The notes under the pieces: model-generated
The model's database searches: none
What the model was told of the DNA's origin: nothing
The model's input: only the letters and a program-made list of their open reading frames with translations
From: Acidobacteriota bacterium
GTDB lineage: Bacteria; Acidobacteriota; CAIWXX01
Direction of reading: 5' to 3'
Length of the DNA stretch: 64,000 bases
Assembly: GCA_040755995.1 (NCBI GenBank)
Contig: JBFMAF010000008.1
Span: 160,001 to 224,000 of the forward strand
Translations under genes and position numbers: made by a program
Part shown: piece after piece, positions 1-9,942 of the stretch
How positions within the stretch are numbered: the stretch's first letter is position 1
How the letters are laid out: each line of letters starts with the position of its first letter

Positions 1-40
1 TGAACGCGAACGGGCCGCTGCCATTCAGCCGGAGCATCGA

Positions 41-1603
41 ATGCCTCAGCTGATCATCTTCCCGCGGACGGCGAGCGCGCGCACGATCGAGCTCAAGCAG
101 GGCACGAGCACGCTCGGGCGGGCCCGCGGCAACGACATCGAGATCGTGCACCAGAGCCTGTCGAGGAACCACGCGCGGCTGGACGTCAAGGGCGACGAGG
201 TCGACCTCGCGGACGTCGGCAGCACCAATGGCACGCGCGTGCGCGGCACCCGGATTACGCAATGCCGGCTCAAGGACGGTGACACCGGCTTCTTCGGCGA
301 CGTCCCGTTTCTCTTCATCACCCAGGCGACGGGCGGCACAGAGATATCGACGATGCAGAGCCGCGTGTCGATGGGCGACCTGCTGCTGGATTCATCCGAG
401 CGTCCCGCGGGCGGCTCGCTCATGCTTCGCGCGCAGGCTCCGGAGAAGCGCGCCGAGGGCAAGCTGCACGTGCTGCTGAAAGTAGCCGAGGCACTCTCGT
501 ATCCCGACGCAATCGACGTTCTGATGCAGCGCGTGCTGGACCTGCTCTTCCAGATCATGGACGTCGACCACGCCGCGATTCTGGCGCCGCGCGGAGAGGG
601 CGCGGAGCTCCGCACGGTTGTATCGCGTTCAAGGCTGGACACGACCAACATCGGAGTCGTCTACAGCCGGCACATCGTCAACCACGCGCTCGAGAAGAAC
701 GTCGCGATTCTGTCGCGCGACACTCAGAGCGACGTGCGCTTCGGTACGGCGGCCTCCGTCCTCGAACGCTCGATCTGCTCCTGCATGTGCGTGCCGCTGC
801 AGCGCAGCGGTAAGATTGCCGCAGTCCTCTACGTGGACAATACCACGACGGCGAACCGATTCAGCGAGGAGGACCTCGCCTTCATGACGGCATTCGGCAA
901 CCAGGCGGCAATCGCGCTTGAGAACGCAACGCTGAACCAGAAGATCCAGCAAGACACGGCGATCCGCGAGAACCTCCTCCGCTTCTTCCCGCCGACAGCG
1001 ATCCAGAAGATCATGCAGACCGAGAGCGTCTCGCTCGGGACGGTCGAGGCCGATGTCACGATTCTGTTCTCGGACATCACGAACTTCACGGTGATGTCAT
1101 CCACCCTCGAGCCGGTGCGCATCGTCCAGATGCTGAACGAGTACTTCCCAGTGATGAGCGAGATCGTGTTCCGTCACGAAGGCACGCTCGAGAAGTACAT
1201 CGGCGACGCGCTGATGGCGGTCTGGGGCGTGCCGTTCGCGCACGATGACGACGCCGATCGTGCTGTGGCGTCGGCAATCGACATGCAAGCGGCGCTGCAG
1301 CGGCTGAACCGCGAAGGCGTCCACACGCGCGATCTGCAGATCCACATCGGGATCAACCGGGGGAAGGTCGCTGCCGGCAACATCGGGTCGGAACACTACA
1401 TCCAGTATGCGACAATCGGCGACACCACCAACGTCGCCAGCCGGCTCTGCAGCGCCGCGCAATCCGGCGAGATCGTGATCTCGGAGAGCACCTTCCGCCG
1501 GCTCACCCCCGGGCGCTTCCCGGTCGAGGCGCTGCCAGCACTCCGGGTGAAGGGGAAAGAAGAGCCGATCGCGGCATATCGCGTGCGATGGGAGGGGACG
1601 TAG
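41..1603 (+). CDS. FHA-GAF-class III adenylate/guanylate cyclase
   Basis: N-terminal FHA motifs (LGR..SRNHA..GSTNGT), central GAF (CMCVPL..VLYVD), cyclase motifs FSDITNFT, KYIGDALM, GDTTNVASRL. Confidence 0.93.
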   Translation: MPQLIIFPRTASARTIELKQGTSTLGRARGNDIEIVHQSLSRNHARLDVKGDEVDLADVGSTNGTRVRGTRITQCRLKDGDTGFFGDVPFLFITQATGGTEISTMQSRVSMGDLLLDSSERPAGGSLMLRAQAPEKRAEGKLHVLLKVAEALSYPDAIDVLMQRVLDLLFQIMDVDHAAILAPRGEGAELRTVVSRSRLDTTNIGVVYSRHIVNHALEKNVAILSRDTQSDVRFGTAASVLERSICSCMCVPLQRSGKIAAVLYVDNTTTANRFSEEDLAFMTAFGNQAAIALENATLNQKIQQDTAIRENLLRFFPPTAIQKIMQTESVSLGTVEADVTILFSDITNFTVMSSTLEPVRIVQMLNEYFPVMSEIVFRHEGTLEKYIGDALMAVWGVPFAHDDDADRAVASAIDMQAALQRLNREGVHTRDLQIHIGINRGKVAAGNIGSEHYIQYATIGDTTNVASRLCSAAQSGEIVISESTFRRLTPGRFPVEALPALRVKGKEEPIAAYRVRWEGT

Positions 1604-1718
1604 ATGGCGTCTCCCCATCAGGCCTTCCAGGGTTCCTGGGTTCACTTGTTGAGTTCTAGCGCCTCTCTCGGTATATTGGAGGCAGGTGATGACCGCGCGA
1701 ATCGTGGGGGTTAACAAG

Positions 1719-1964
1719 ATGGCGTCCAGGATGCAAGAGATCGAGGAAGAAGCTCTTCAGCTGCCGGCTGATCAGAGGGCCTCCCTTGCCGAGCGCCTCA
1801 TCAGCAGTCTCGACCAGGAAGAGGATCCAGAGGCGGAGAGACTCTGGATAGAGGAGGCAGAGCGTCGGTACCGTGACTACAGCGCTGGGAAAGTAGTCGC
1901 GCGGCTTGCGGAGTCGGTGCTGCGCGACGTCCGCGGCAGATTGCGGTCGCGGCCGGACAGCTGA
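1719..1964 (+). CDS. Putative addiction-module component (antitoxin-like), no adjacent toxin
   Basis: ALQLPADQRASLAERLISSLD..WIEEAERR pattern typical of this family; ATG 1719 preferred over 1686. Confidence 0.8.
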   Translation: MASRMQEIEEEALQLPADQRASLAERLISSLDQEEDPEAERLWIEEAERRYRDYSAGKVVARLAESVLRDVRGRLRSRPDS

Positions 1965-1974
1965 TCAGCACACG

Positions 1975-4900
1975 CTATCGGTTCCGATTCGTGCCGATCC
2001 CCCGAACCTCAGCATCAAGCGCCGCGTATTCCTCGCGCAGCGATGGGTCGATCTGGAAGGCTTCATCTAGGCTCTCCTGGGCCGACTGCAGGACCTGGAG
2101 CCGGCGGGCGGGGTCGCTCTCGCAGCGCGCCTGAAGTGCGAGGAGACCCGCGCGAATGGCGAATGAATCGGCGTTCTTCTGGTCGAGAGACTGCGCTCTT
2201 TCGATATTGGCCAGTCCCTTGGAGACGATCTCTCGAGCGCGATCGGGAGCATGTGGATCCGGCGGCCTCTTGTCAAGCACCCATCGCGCCTTCTCGCGGT
2301 GCAACGCGGCGAGCCCGCGAAGGGCCGATGGGTCCTGAGGGTTCAACTGCACGGCGCGCCCGAAGGCGCTCTCCGCGGCCCTCCAGTGCTCCTCCGGCGA
2401 ACGCTTCCGCCGGAGAGCCTGTACGCCCAACTCCGTCTCCACGCTTCCAAGCATGTCGTGCGTCGTGTACTCATCGGGGTCCAGTTTGAGAGCCTTCGTC
2501 AGAGACTCGCCGGCCAGCTGGAGGCTCGCGGTCGGATCGCGACCCGCCGCCTTCTCGTACTCGCTCCGGACGTAGTACAGATTGCCCAGGCCGAGCAGCG
2601 CGACACCCGAGGAGGGATTCAGAGACGAGGATCTCAGATAGCACTCGATCGCCCGGCGAATGGACAGGCTCGGGTCGAGATCCTTGAACACCTCGTACAC
2701 AGCCCGGCCCTGGTAGACGCCGCCCAGGTTCGAGTAGTACAGCCAGGCTTCGTTCTGGTTCAACTCAATTGCCCGGCGGTAGTTCTCAGCTGCCAGATCC
2801 AGGTTCGTGCGCGGATCCTGGTTATGGTCGCTCTCGTGTGAGGCCTTCTCTTCGTGAACCACTGCGATGCCGCAGTAGGCCGAGTCGAGGCTGGGATCGA
2901 TCCGGATAGCTTGCCGGTACGCTTCGAGGCTCTCCTGAAGAAGCGGCTGCGGGTCGCGCCCCGACAGATGTTCGTACTTGGCCAGTTCCAGGAGAGCGTT
3001 CCCCTTGCTGTTGAATGCAGTCGCGGCCGGGCTGATCTCGATCGCGCGCTGGAAGCTTCTGATCGCCTCGCGAAACGCGGCTGTCGGGTCCAGGCCGTGT
3101 TCTACCTGGTACTCGCCGATGCGATGGTGCACCATGCCGAGGTTGCCCAGAGCCCTGTCGTAGCGGGGATTGATGCGGAGGGCCTGTTCGTACCGGACCG
3201 CCGCGTCCCTAAGCGTGCCCATGGGATCCACTCCAGTCTGCATCTCGTACATCCCGCGAATCTCGAGGGCGATACCCATGCCGCTCAGAGCCTTCGTGTT
3301 ACTCCGATCCGCCCGCAGGGCCCCCGTATAGCACTGCAACGCGCTCTCGAGCGCGGGCCTGGGATCGAGGCCGATCTGGTACTCGTAGTCCCCTGACATG
3401 GTGTCTGCAGCGCCTTGAGTCCAGCGCGCCAGCGCGCTGTTGGGATTGGCTGCGAGGGCACGCCGCGAAGTGGCAACTGTGTGCTGCAGGAAAGGCCTGG
3501 GGTCTTCGCCCTGCCACATCGCATTCTCCGCGCGCCTGAAGTAGGCGATGCTCAGGGTGGTGAGAGCCCCTTCCTCGTCCCTGCTGCGTCTGATCGCCTC
3601 CTCCGCCATCGACGCGGCGAGGCTCAGCGCCTCGGTGGGATCGTCGCCGGTGTTGTAGTGCTGGAACTCGCCCTTCTGAAGGTAGCCTCTGGCGAGTATC
3701 GCCCACGGGCGCGCGCTGTCAGGGTTGGCCTGCGATGCCTTGCTGCACGCGCTCTGCATGGCGACCAGATCATCGGTCAAGAAGCGCCCCTGCCGGGCGC
3801 GCAGCTGCATGAAAGCAACCCACATCTCCGCATCTTGCTCATACACCGCGCCGTCGCTTCGCCCGACGTCGATGGCCGTCGCGTACGCCTCGCTGGCGCG
3901 TTCCAATTCCACACGGGCCTTCTCATACTGGCCCGAGTCAGTCGCGCTGCTGGCCCTTCGGAGATGGACATCCCCGGCCAGCCTCTTCGCCTCGTAAAAC
4001 CAGGGCTGGCGGCGCCAGGCGCCCTCGGCTCGGGCAAGCGCCTCTTCGTAAGGCTCTTGGCCTCCGTAGAAACTGACGAGCGCCTCCAGGTACGCCGTAG
4101 GGCCGATCTTCGCGCCGATGCAGGCCTCGAGCTTGTCCCGGGCCGGGTCGCCGTACAGCCGCTTCGCCTCGCGCTTCAGCGCCTCGCGGTCCTCGGGATC
4201 ACGCAATTGTTCGGCCTCCTGGAGCTTCTGGAAGAAGATCTGGCCGAGCACCTGGCCGTAGACGTATGCCACTTCCGGTTCGCGCGTCTCGGCGAAGTCC
4301 CAGGCGGCTCGCAGGTGATCGAGCGCGTCCTCGTACTCGTGCAGGGCGAGGTGGCCGCGCCCGAGTGCGTACTGCGTGATGCCGGCGCCGGCGCGTCCCA
4401 TCTCGGCCGCGCGCGACTCGATCTGGCTCATCATCACCCTCACCTCGCGCTCATCGCTGCGGACGTCGTGGAGCGGCGCCATGCGGGCGATGCGCATCGT
4501 GGCCTCGGCGCGCTCCATCATCTGCCCCACCTCGCGCGCCCACCTCGCCTGTGCCCGCGCGGTCCACCTCGCCTGCAGCGCTATTCCTCCGAAGACGAGG
4601 CCGGCGGCAACCGCGAGGCCGACGGCACTCACTGCAATCTTGTGCTTCTGCGCTTTCCTCAGCGCCCGGTAGGTGAGGCTGGCGCGCCGTCCCTGAATGG
4701 GCTCTCCGTCCAGATACCGCTCCAGGTCCTCTGCCAGCGCGCGCGCCGAATCGTACCGCCGCTGCGGCTCCTTCTCCATGCACTTCAGAACGATCGTCTC
4801 GAGATCGACCGGGACGCTCGGTTTGATTCTCCGCGGCGGTGTCGGGTCGACCTCGGTGACCATGCGGAGCACCTCGGTCGTGTTGCCTTCGAACGGCGGC

Positions 4901-5727
4901 CGGTCGGTGAGCAGCTCGTAGAGGGTTGCGCCGAGGCTGTAGACGTCGGTGCGCCGGTCCATCTCGCGGATCTTCCCCCACGCCTGCTCGGGGGCCATGT
5001 ACTGCGGCGTCCCGACGATCGCGCCGGACATCGTCACACCGATCGATTCGACCTCGCGCGCGAGGCCGAAGTCCATCACGTACGGCTTCCACTCGCCGTC
5101 CTCGGTGTGCTCGAGCATCACGTTGGTAGGCTTCATGTCGCGGTGGATCATCCCGAGGCGGTGAGCGGCGTGAATGCCGTCGCTCACTTCTTTCATCGCC
5201 TTGGCCTTCTGCTCCAGCGTCATCCGCCCGCCGGCGTCCTTCAGCGTCATCCCGTCGATATACTGCATCGAGATGTAGAGCTTCCCCTGCACCTCGCCGA
5301 CCTCGTACACCTTGCACACGTGGTTGTGCTCCACGCGCGCCTGCACCTTCGCCTCCTGGAGGAACCGGTTGGCCAAAGCCGGGTCGTCGCCGCGGATGAA
5401 TTTCAGCGCGACATTCCGGCTGAGCATCGGATCGTAAGCCTTGTAGACGCGCCCCATGCCACCTTCGCCGAGGAATCTCTCAAAACGGTAGCGCGGCCAT
5501 CCCTGGACCGGGAACTCGGCCTCCGCTTCAGGGTGAGCGGCCGCATCCACGGGCACGGGCTGCTCGGGCACGCCAACGGCAGTGCGTGCAGCCTGTGCAT
5601 CGGCAGCGCTTCCGCTCTGTGGTGGTGCGATCGTCGCCGCCGATTGCTCATCGGCGGGCGCATCGCCGGACAGAGTCTTCGAAGCCTGCTTGTCCTCGAT
5701 CTCCCGGTCCCGATCGTTCCCAGGCAT
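1975..5727 (-). CDS. Hanks-type Ser/Thr kinase with a TM helix and long TPR C-terminus
   Basis: GEGGMG, VALK, HRDMKPTN, DFG and APE motifs; TM IAVSAVGLAVAAGLVFGGIAL; many TPR-like helical repeats. Confidence 0.95.
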   Translation of the reverse strand: MPGNDRDREIEDKQASKTLSGDAPADEQSAATIAPPQSGSAADAQAARTAVGVPEQPVPVDAAAHPEAEAEFPVQGWPRYRFERFLGEGGMGRVYKAYDPMLSRNVALKFIRGDDPALANRFLQEAKVQARVEHNHVCKVYEVGEVQGKLYISMQYIDGMTLKDAGGRMTLEQKAKAMKEVSDGIHAAHRLGMIHRDMKPTNVMLEHTEDGEWKPYVMDFGLAREVESIGVTMSGAIVGTPQYMAPEQAWGKIREMDRRTDVYSLGATLYELLTDRPPFEGNTTEVLRMVTEVDPTPPRRIKPSVPVDLETIVLKCMEKEPQRRYDSARALAEDLERYLDGEPIQGRRASLTYRALRKAQKHKIAVSAVGLAVAAGLVFGGIALQARWTARAQARWAREVGQMMERAEATMRIARMAPLHDVRSDEREVRVMMSQIESRAAEMGRAGAGITQYALGRGHLALHEYEDALDHLRAAWDFAETREPEVAYVYGQVLGQIFFQKLQEAEQLRDPEDREALKREAKRLYGDPARDKLEACIGAKIGPTAYLEALVSFYGGQEPYEEALARAEGAWRRQPWFYEAKRLAGDVHLRRASSATDSGQYEKARVELERASEAYATAIDVGRSDGAVYEQDAEMWVAFMQLRARQGRFLTDDLVAMQSACSKASQANPDSARPWAILARGYLQKGEFQHYNTGDDPTEALSLAASMAEEAIRRSRDEEGALTTLSIAYFRRAENAMWQGEDPRPFLQHTVATSRRALAANPNSALARWTQGAADTMSGDYEYQIGLDPRPALESALQCYTGALRADRSNTKALSGMGIALEIRGMYEMQTGVDPMGTLRDAAVRYEQALRINPRYDRALGNLGMVHHRIGEYQVEHGLDPTAAFREAIRSFQRAIEISPAATAFNSKGNALLELAKYEHLSGRDPQPLLQESLEAYRQAIRIDPSLDSAYCGIAVVHEEKASHESDHNQDPRTNLDLAAENYRRAIELNQNEAWLYYSNLGGVYQGRAVYEVFKDLDPSLSIRRAIECYLRSSSLNPSSGVALLGLGNLYYVRSEYEKAAGRDPTASLQLAGESLTKALKLDPDEYTTHDMLGSVETELGVQALRRKRSPEEHWRAAESAFGRAVQLNPQDPSALRGLAALHREKARWVLDKRPPDPHAPDRAREIVSKGLANIERAQSLDQKNADSFAIRAGLLALQARCESDPARRLQVLQSAQESLDEAFQIDPSLREEYAALDAEVRGIGTNRNR

Positions 5728-5930
5728 GCACGCTCACCGACGCTATCGCAACAGCGCCATTACCGCGTCCCCGCGTCCACCTCGTGAGTGGCCAACGGCA
5801 CCTAATACCCTGTCCTAGGACCGAATGGCCCCCTAGTCCGCTGACGCCCGGAGTATCTGCCTTCCGCGCGCGCCCTGTCAAGCTCTGCCGAGAGGCACGC
5901 TGATTTCGGAAGGATTCTTGATTCCCCCTC

Positions 5931-5959
5931 TTGACACGGATCAAACCGGGGTCTATAAT
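5931..5959 (+). promoter_or_regulatory. Consensus sigma70 promoter of the polysaccharide operon
   Basis: TTGACA (5931-5936), 17-nt spacer, TATAAT (5954-5959). Confidence 0.85.
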
Positions 5960-5965
5960 CCTACT

Positions 5966-6136
5966 CGCGGACTAGGAATAATGGGAGAAAACGATTACGC
6001 AGACGTGACGAGTCCTAGGACTGCCATGGACTGGTCCCTGAGGTGGGGCAGAGAGCAATCTCTGGGTCCTACCACGCGACGGGCGTTGTATAGCACAGCG
6101 CACGCAGGTCGGATCGAATTCGTCGCTTAGTCCACG
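5966..6136 (+). ncRNA. Candidate structured leader RNA / sRNA, family unknown
   Basis: Begins at the predicted TSS; 5966-5976 can pair with 6126-6136; internal stem with GCAA tetraloop at 6042-6073. Confidence 0.4.
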
Positions 6137-6157
6137 AAACTCAAAGAGAGAGAAATC

Positions 6158-6286
6158 ATGAAGGAGTCCAACCTACTCAACTGGTCGATCCCGTTGCTGG
6201 TGGGCATGCTCACCCTCGGATACATGGTCTTCAACTGGCCGGCACTAGCACTGTCGTTTGCCGATCTGGTTGGAGCCATCCTGTGA
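6158..6286 (+). CDS. 42-aa hydrophobic small protein (below ORF-track cutoff)
   Basis: MKESNLLNWSIPLLVGMLTLGYMVFNWPALALSFADLVGAIL*; purine-rich upstream sequence; stop overlaps next GTG start (GTGA 6283-6286). Confidence 0.6.
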   Translation: MKESNLLNWSIPLLVGMLTLGYMVFNWPALALSFADLVGAIL

Positions 6287-7278
6287 TCTCCCCGTCAGCT
6301 GCCGCGTTGGCGACGGGCTCCGCCGCCGCCGTTGCGGGGGCACGCAAGCCGATGCCCATGGCGCTGCGAATCGCACTCCGCCTGGGCCTCACCGGCCTCC
6401 TCCTCTCTTTGATCCTCCTGGCAGTGCCGTTGCACGAGGTCGTCGAGGCGGCTCGAGCAGCTTCTCTGAGACCGCTGCTCGGCGGCTTCGCCCTCGGGTT
6501 CCTCTTCGCCGCGCTGAAGATTGTCCGCTGGCGGTGGCTCCTGGTACGCATGGGGGTTGCGTGCGGGATGCTGGAGGCCACCCGGTCCTACTTCGGCGGC
6601 ATGGCCGTCGGGCTGATCACGCCCGGGCGCCTCGGCGAAGTCGCGCGAGGCATGTACATCGATTATCGCGACAAGACCTACGCAGGCAGCGTAGCTTTCG
6701 TGGACAAGCTGTTTGACATCGCGGTTCTAGTCGTTGCGGCGGCAGCCGGATGGGCGCTCTACGGCTTCTACGAGATCGCCGTGCTCATGTTTCTCGGAGC
6801 GGCCGGTCTGGTGGCGTGCCTCTTCCTTCCCTCCCGCATCGTGACCAGCGTGGCGCGGAGACTCCCCGTGCGCGGGATCCGCGTGCATCTTGAAAAGGCC
6901 GCCGCTCCGTTGGATCGCGCTACTCTCAGCACCGTCTCCGGCGCCCTGATCCAGGCCGTGCTTTCGTTCCTCGTAGCGGCCACGCAGTTCTGGCTCTTCT
7001 TGCTCGCATTCGGCCCCGCCCCGTTGGGCGCGGCGTTTCTTGCGATGCCTATGATAGTTCTCGCCAATCTGATCCCGATCACAATCTCGGGGATCGGCGT
7101 CCGCGAGTGGGCGGCCATTGTCTTGCTCTCGCAGTACTCCGTGCCCGGAGCCGTGGCGGTGAGTGTCGCGATGCTGGGCTTCGTGAGCAACACGCTCGGC
7201 CCCGGCATCACCGGTGCGCTCCTCGCGCCCCGATGGAAGCGGCTCCCGACGGGGCTTGCTGTGGAGGCATCGAGATGA
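6283..7278 (+). CDS. Lysylphosphatidylglycerol-synthase TM / YbhN-like flippase-domain membrane protein
   Basis: RWRWLL, TPGRLGEVAR and PITISGIGVRE motifs; multiple TM helices. Confidence 0.88.
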   Translation: MISPSAAALATGSAAAVAGARKPMPMALRIALRLGLTGLLLSLILLAVPLHEVVEAARAASLRPLLGGFALGFLFAALKIVRWRWLLVRMGVACGMLEATRSYFGGMAVGLITPGRLGEVARGMYIDYRDKTYAGSVAFVDKLFDIAVLVVAAAAGWALYGFYEIAVLMFLGAAGLVACLFLPSRIVTSVARRLPVRGIRVHLEKAAAPLDRATLSTVSGALIQAVLSFLVAATQFWLFLLAFGPAPLGAAFLAMPMIVLANLIPITISGIGVREWAAIVLLSQYSVPGAVAVSVAMLGFVSNTLGPGITGALLAPRWKRLPTGLAVEASR

Positions 7279-9932
7279 GTCCCGCTGTGCTGCTGCCATC
7301 CGTACTCTTCGTCGCATTGCTCGTATCGATCTACCCCTGGACCCTTCACTACGACAAGAGACCCACCGTGCGCTTTCTGACGACTATGGTGCTCGCTTCG
7401 GCCTTCATCGTCATCAGCCAGGTGGCGCTCTCGCAGGCCCTGCACCGCGGGTACGTACTGGCCGTCACCCTGGTCACCATCGCGGCTCTTGCGCTCGGGC
7501 GTGTCACTTATCGCCTGATCGCGCGGAGCCGTGACGGCAGGCGGGAGCCCGCAGCACTCGCGCTGCCCACCGGCACGGTGAAGAGCAGTTGGATGGCATC
7601 TTGGAGTGCACGTGTAGGGTTGGCTCCACCTACCCTCGTCGGCGTCGCGCTCGGGCTGGTAACCGCACTCGCCTATGCGGCTCTCGTTGGCATCGTCGCG
7701 ATTGTCCCGCCGTACGGCTGGGACACACTTGTGTATCACCTGACGGATGTCTTTTACGCGATCCAGACTGCGTCGCTCGACATCTTCCCTTACCCCAGCC
7801 GCCACTTCTATTTCACGAAAGTCGGCGAGCTGCATTCGCTCTGGTTCTACTTGCTTGCCGGGCCTTCTGAGAGGTCGCTGGCGGCAGTTGTGATCGGCCT
7901 CATCCCGTTCGGCCTCACGGCCGGCCTGGGGGTGCGAGCCGCAGCGGAGGCGCTCGGACTGAAGGTAGCCCTACCCTGGATCGTCCCGGCCGTCATGCTG
8001 ACTCCGGTCGTCATGATCCAGCCGGTCTCCGGCTACGTCGACGTCGGGCTCGCAGCATTCATCCTGGCTGCACTGGCCTACGCGGTTTTGGCCGCCATCG
8101 AGGGCCGCTTCGCTCACCTGGCGTTCTGTGCCCTGGCCTCCGGCCTCGCCTTCGGCGTGAAATTCTCATTCCTGTACTTCGGAGCAACGGTGTTGCTGGT
8201 CCTGGTGAGCCGTCGAGCACTCAGGGGGCTCACGCGTGGCGGTTGGGGGATCGGGACGCTGCGCGCGGCGGTGCTGGCAGTTCTCTTCGCGAGCGGTTGC
8301 GCGTTCTGGCTGGGCCGCAACTGGGTGCGCTACGGCAACCCATTCTACCCAACGCGGGTACAGGTCGCGGGGGTGACGGTGTTCGACGGGACGCGGGACC
8401 TGCATCCTTCCAAGAAGCAGCAAGAATGGTTCGTCCCATCGACCGCATCCTGGGCGCGATATCCGTTCTACGAGACGTTCCACGGGGAGCCACGCTACAC
8501 GTTGGAGAGCGGCTTCGGCCCGCTTTTCGCCGTGGGCGTCATGGCGACGCTCATCATGGCATTCGTCGCATTGCGACGGCGTCTCTGGCTGCACCTCAGG
8601 GTGCTCCTGGCGCTGCCCATTACCATCGCGCTCTGGCTCACCGTCAACCCGTATCAGGAGCCGAGGTACATCATCGCCGCCTGCGGGTTCGCTCTGCTTG
8701 CGCTGGCGATGCTGGCCGAGGGAGCCCGCCCGTCCCGCGTCGCCATTGCCGACGGCCGCGAGACTGGCCGTGGGCCGGCCATCGCGCTTCATGCGATGGT
8801 CTCCATCGCTATCGTCGTGACGGCCGCGGGCAGCGTCGGCGCGCTGGCGCCGAAGCTTCCGGCGGTCCTCGCCGAGTGGAAGGCCGGCCGCTGGTCGCCG
8901 GGCCGTTACCTGCCGATCGAGTACGGCACCGCCGGCGATGCTTTCAATTGGTTCAACGAGGCCTCTGGCCAGGGCAAGACGGCCTCGTTCGCAAATGACA
9001 TCTTCGTTGCCCCGCTGTTCGGATGGGACTGCAGGAACAGGGTTACATACACACCTTTGAGCGGCGATTCTTCGATAGGCGATCTCCCGCGCCGGACAAC
9101 CTACAGGTCGTGGCGGAAGTTCCTGCACGACAGCGGGGTCGATTGGGTGGTTGAGTGGCTGCCATGGTGGGAGGGAGAGGGGAAGCGGCGGGCGCAGGAG
9201 TGGATCGAGCTTCATCCGGATGATTTCCGTTTGCTGGAGGACTTCGGCGGGCGCGCCCGCGTCTACGCACCCGTTTTCACGCCGGCAGAAGTGGCCGGGC
9301 TTCAGACGCTGGGCGACGGGCCGGACCTCGCCGACCTGGACCATCCCGACGCGTGGACGCTGGAGTACCGTGAGGGAATGGCGGCTTCGGTATCGAGTGA
9401 GAGGTCGCCCATCGCTTCACCAGATCCCGTCTTCTCGGACCGGCCCGAAGGCACGAACGGCGAAGTATTGGTGTCAGCGGTCGCACCCGCACAGGCGGCA
9501 CCCTTCGCGGGCATCAGGATTGATTTCGAATTCCAGTCACCCGAGAACAGCTACTGTGACTTCAGAACCGACGCGGCCGAGGGAGACTGGTCGGGCTATT
9601 CCACGCTCTCGTTCGATGTCGAGTCAGAGACCGATGTCCCGGCGTACCTGTTTGTCTACTTGAAGGACCGAGACCCTCGACAGGCATGCCGCTATCGGAT
9701 CGAGCTCGACGGAGGCAGCCGGGAAAGGAGACGTGTCACGCTGGATCTGAGCGCGCCGGAATGGAGCAAGCCCGGGTTCTCGCTCGATCGAATGGCAGAA
9801 ATACATGTGGTAGTCGACGACGTGGAGGAACGAGCGCCGGGCAAAGGGGTTCTACGCCTGGGTTCGTTCCGTCTCGAAGGAAACAATACTGTGACGAGAG
9901 AACGTGCGGCACAGAGCGGCCGTAACGGTTGA
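7275..9932 (+). CDS. Polytopic GT-C-like glycosyltransferase with a C-terminal carbohydrate-binding-like domain
   Basis: WDTLVYHL loop, GVKFS, RNWVRYGNPFYP, EPRY; C-terminal beta-rich DWSGYSTLSFDV segment; ATG 7275 overlaps upstream stop. Confidence 0.65.
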   Translation: MSPAVLLPSVLFVALLVSIYPWTLHYDKRPTVRFLTTMVLASAFIVISQVALSQALHRGYVLAVTLVTIAALALGRVTYRLIARSRDGRREPAALALPTGTVKSSWMASWSARVGLAPPTLVGVALGLVTALAYAALVGIVAIVPPYGWDTLVYHLTDVFYAIQTASLDIFPYPSRHFYFTKVGELHSLWFYLLAGPSERSLAAVVIGLIPFGLTAGLGVRAAAEALGLKVALPWIVPAVMLTPVVMIQPVSGYVDVGLAAFILAALAYAVLAAIEGRFAHLAFCALASGLAFGVKFSFLYFGATVLLVLVSRRALRGLTRGGWGIGTLRAAVLAVLFASGCAFWLGRNWVRYGNPFYPTRVQVAGVTVFDGTRDLHPSKKQQEWFVPSTASWARYPFYETFHGEPRYTLESGFGPLFAVGVMATLIMAFVALRRRLWLHLRVLLALPITIALWLTVNPYQEPRYIIAACGFALLALAMLAEGARPSRVAIADGRETGRGPAIALHAMVSIAIVVTAAGSVGALAPKLPAVLAEWKAGRWSPGRYLPIEYGTAGDAFNWFNEASGQGKTASFANDIFVAPLFGWDCRNRVTYTPLSGDSSIGDLPRRTTYRSWRKFLHDSGVDWVVEWLPWWEGEGKRRAQEWIELHPDDFRLLEDFGGRARVYAPVFTPAEVAGLQTLGDGPDLADLDHPDAWTLEYREGMAASVSSERSPIASPDPVFSDRPEGTNGEVLVSAVAPAQAAPFAGIRIDFEFQSPENSYCDFRTDAAEGDWSGYSTLSFDVESETDVPAYLFVYLKDRDPRQACRYRIELDGGSRERRRVTLDLSAPEWSKPGFSLDRMAEIHVVVDDVEERAPGKGVLRLGSFRLEGNNTVTRERAAQSGRNG

Positions 9933-9942
9933 AGGCAGAGAA

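Noticed and set aside
3415..5787. 790-aa plus-strand ORF and many other long overlapping ORFs (e.g. 31452-32897, 44873-46483, 29644-30789)
   Set aside because: Antisense or off-frame shadows of well-supported genes in GC-rich DNA; no recognisable motifs.
5966..6136. Leader as c-di-GMP riboswitch, hammerhead, glmS ribozyme or 6S RNA
   Set aside because: Diagnostic cores (e.g. GGCAAA..GACGCAAAG, CUGAnGA) are absent; retained only as an unclassified structured RNA.
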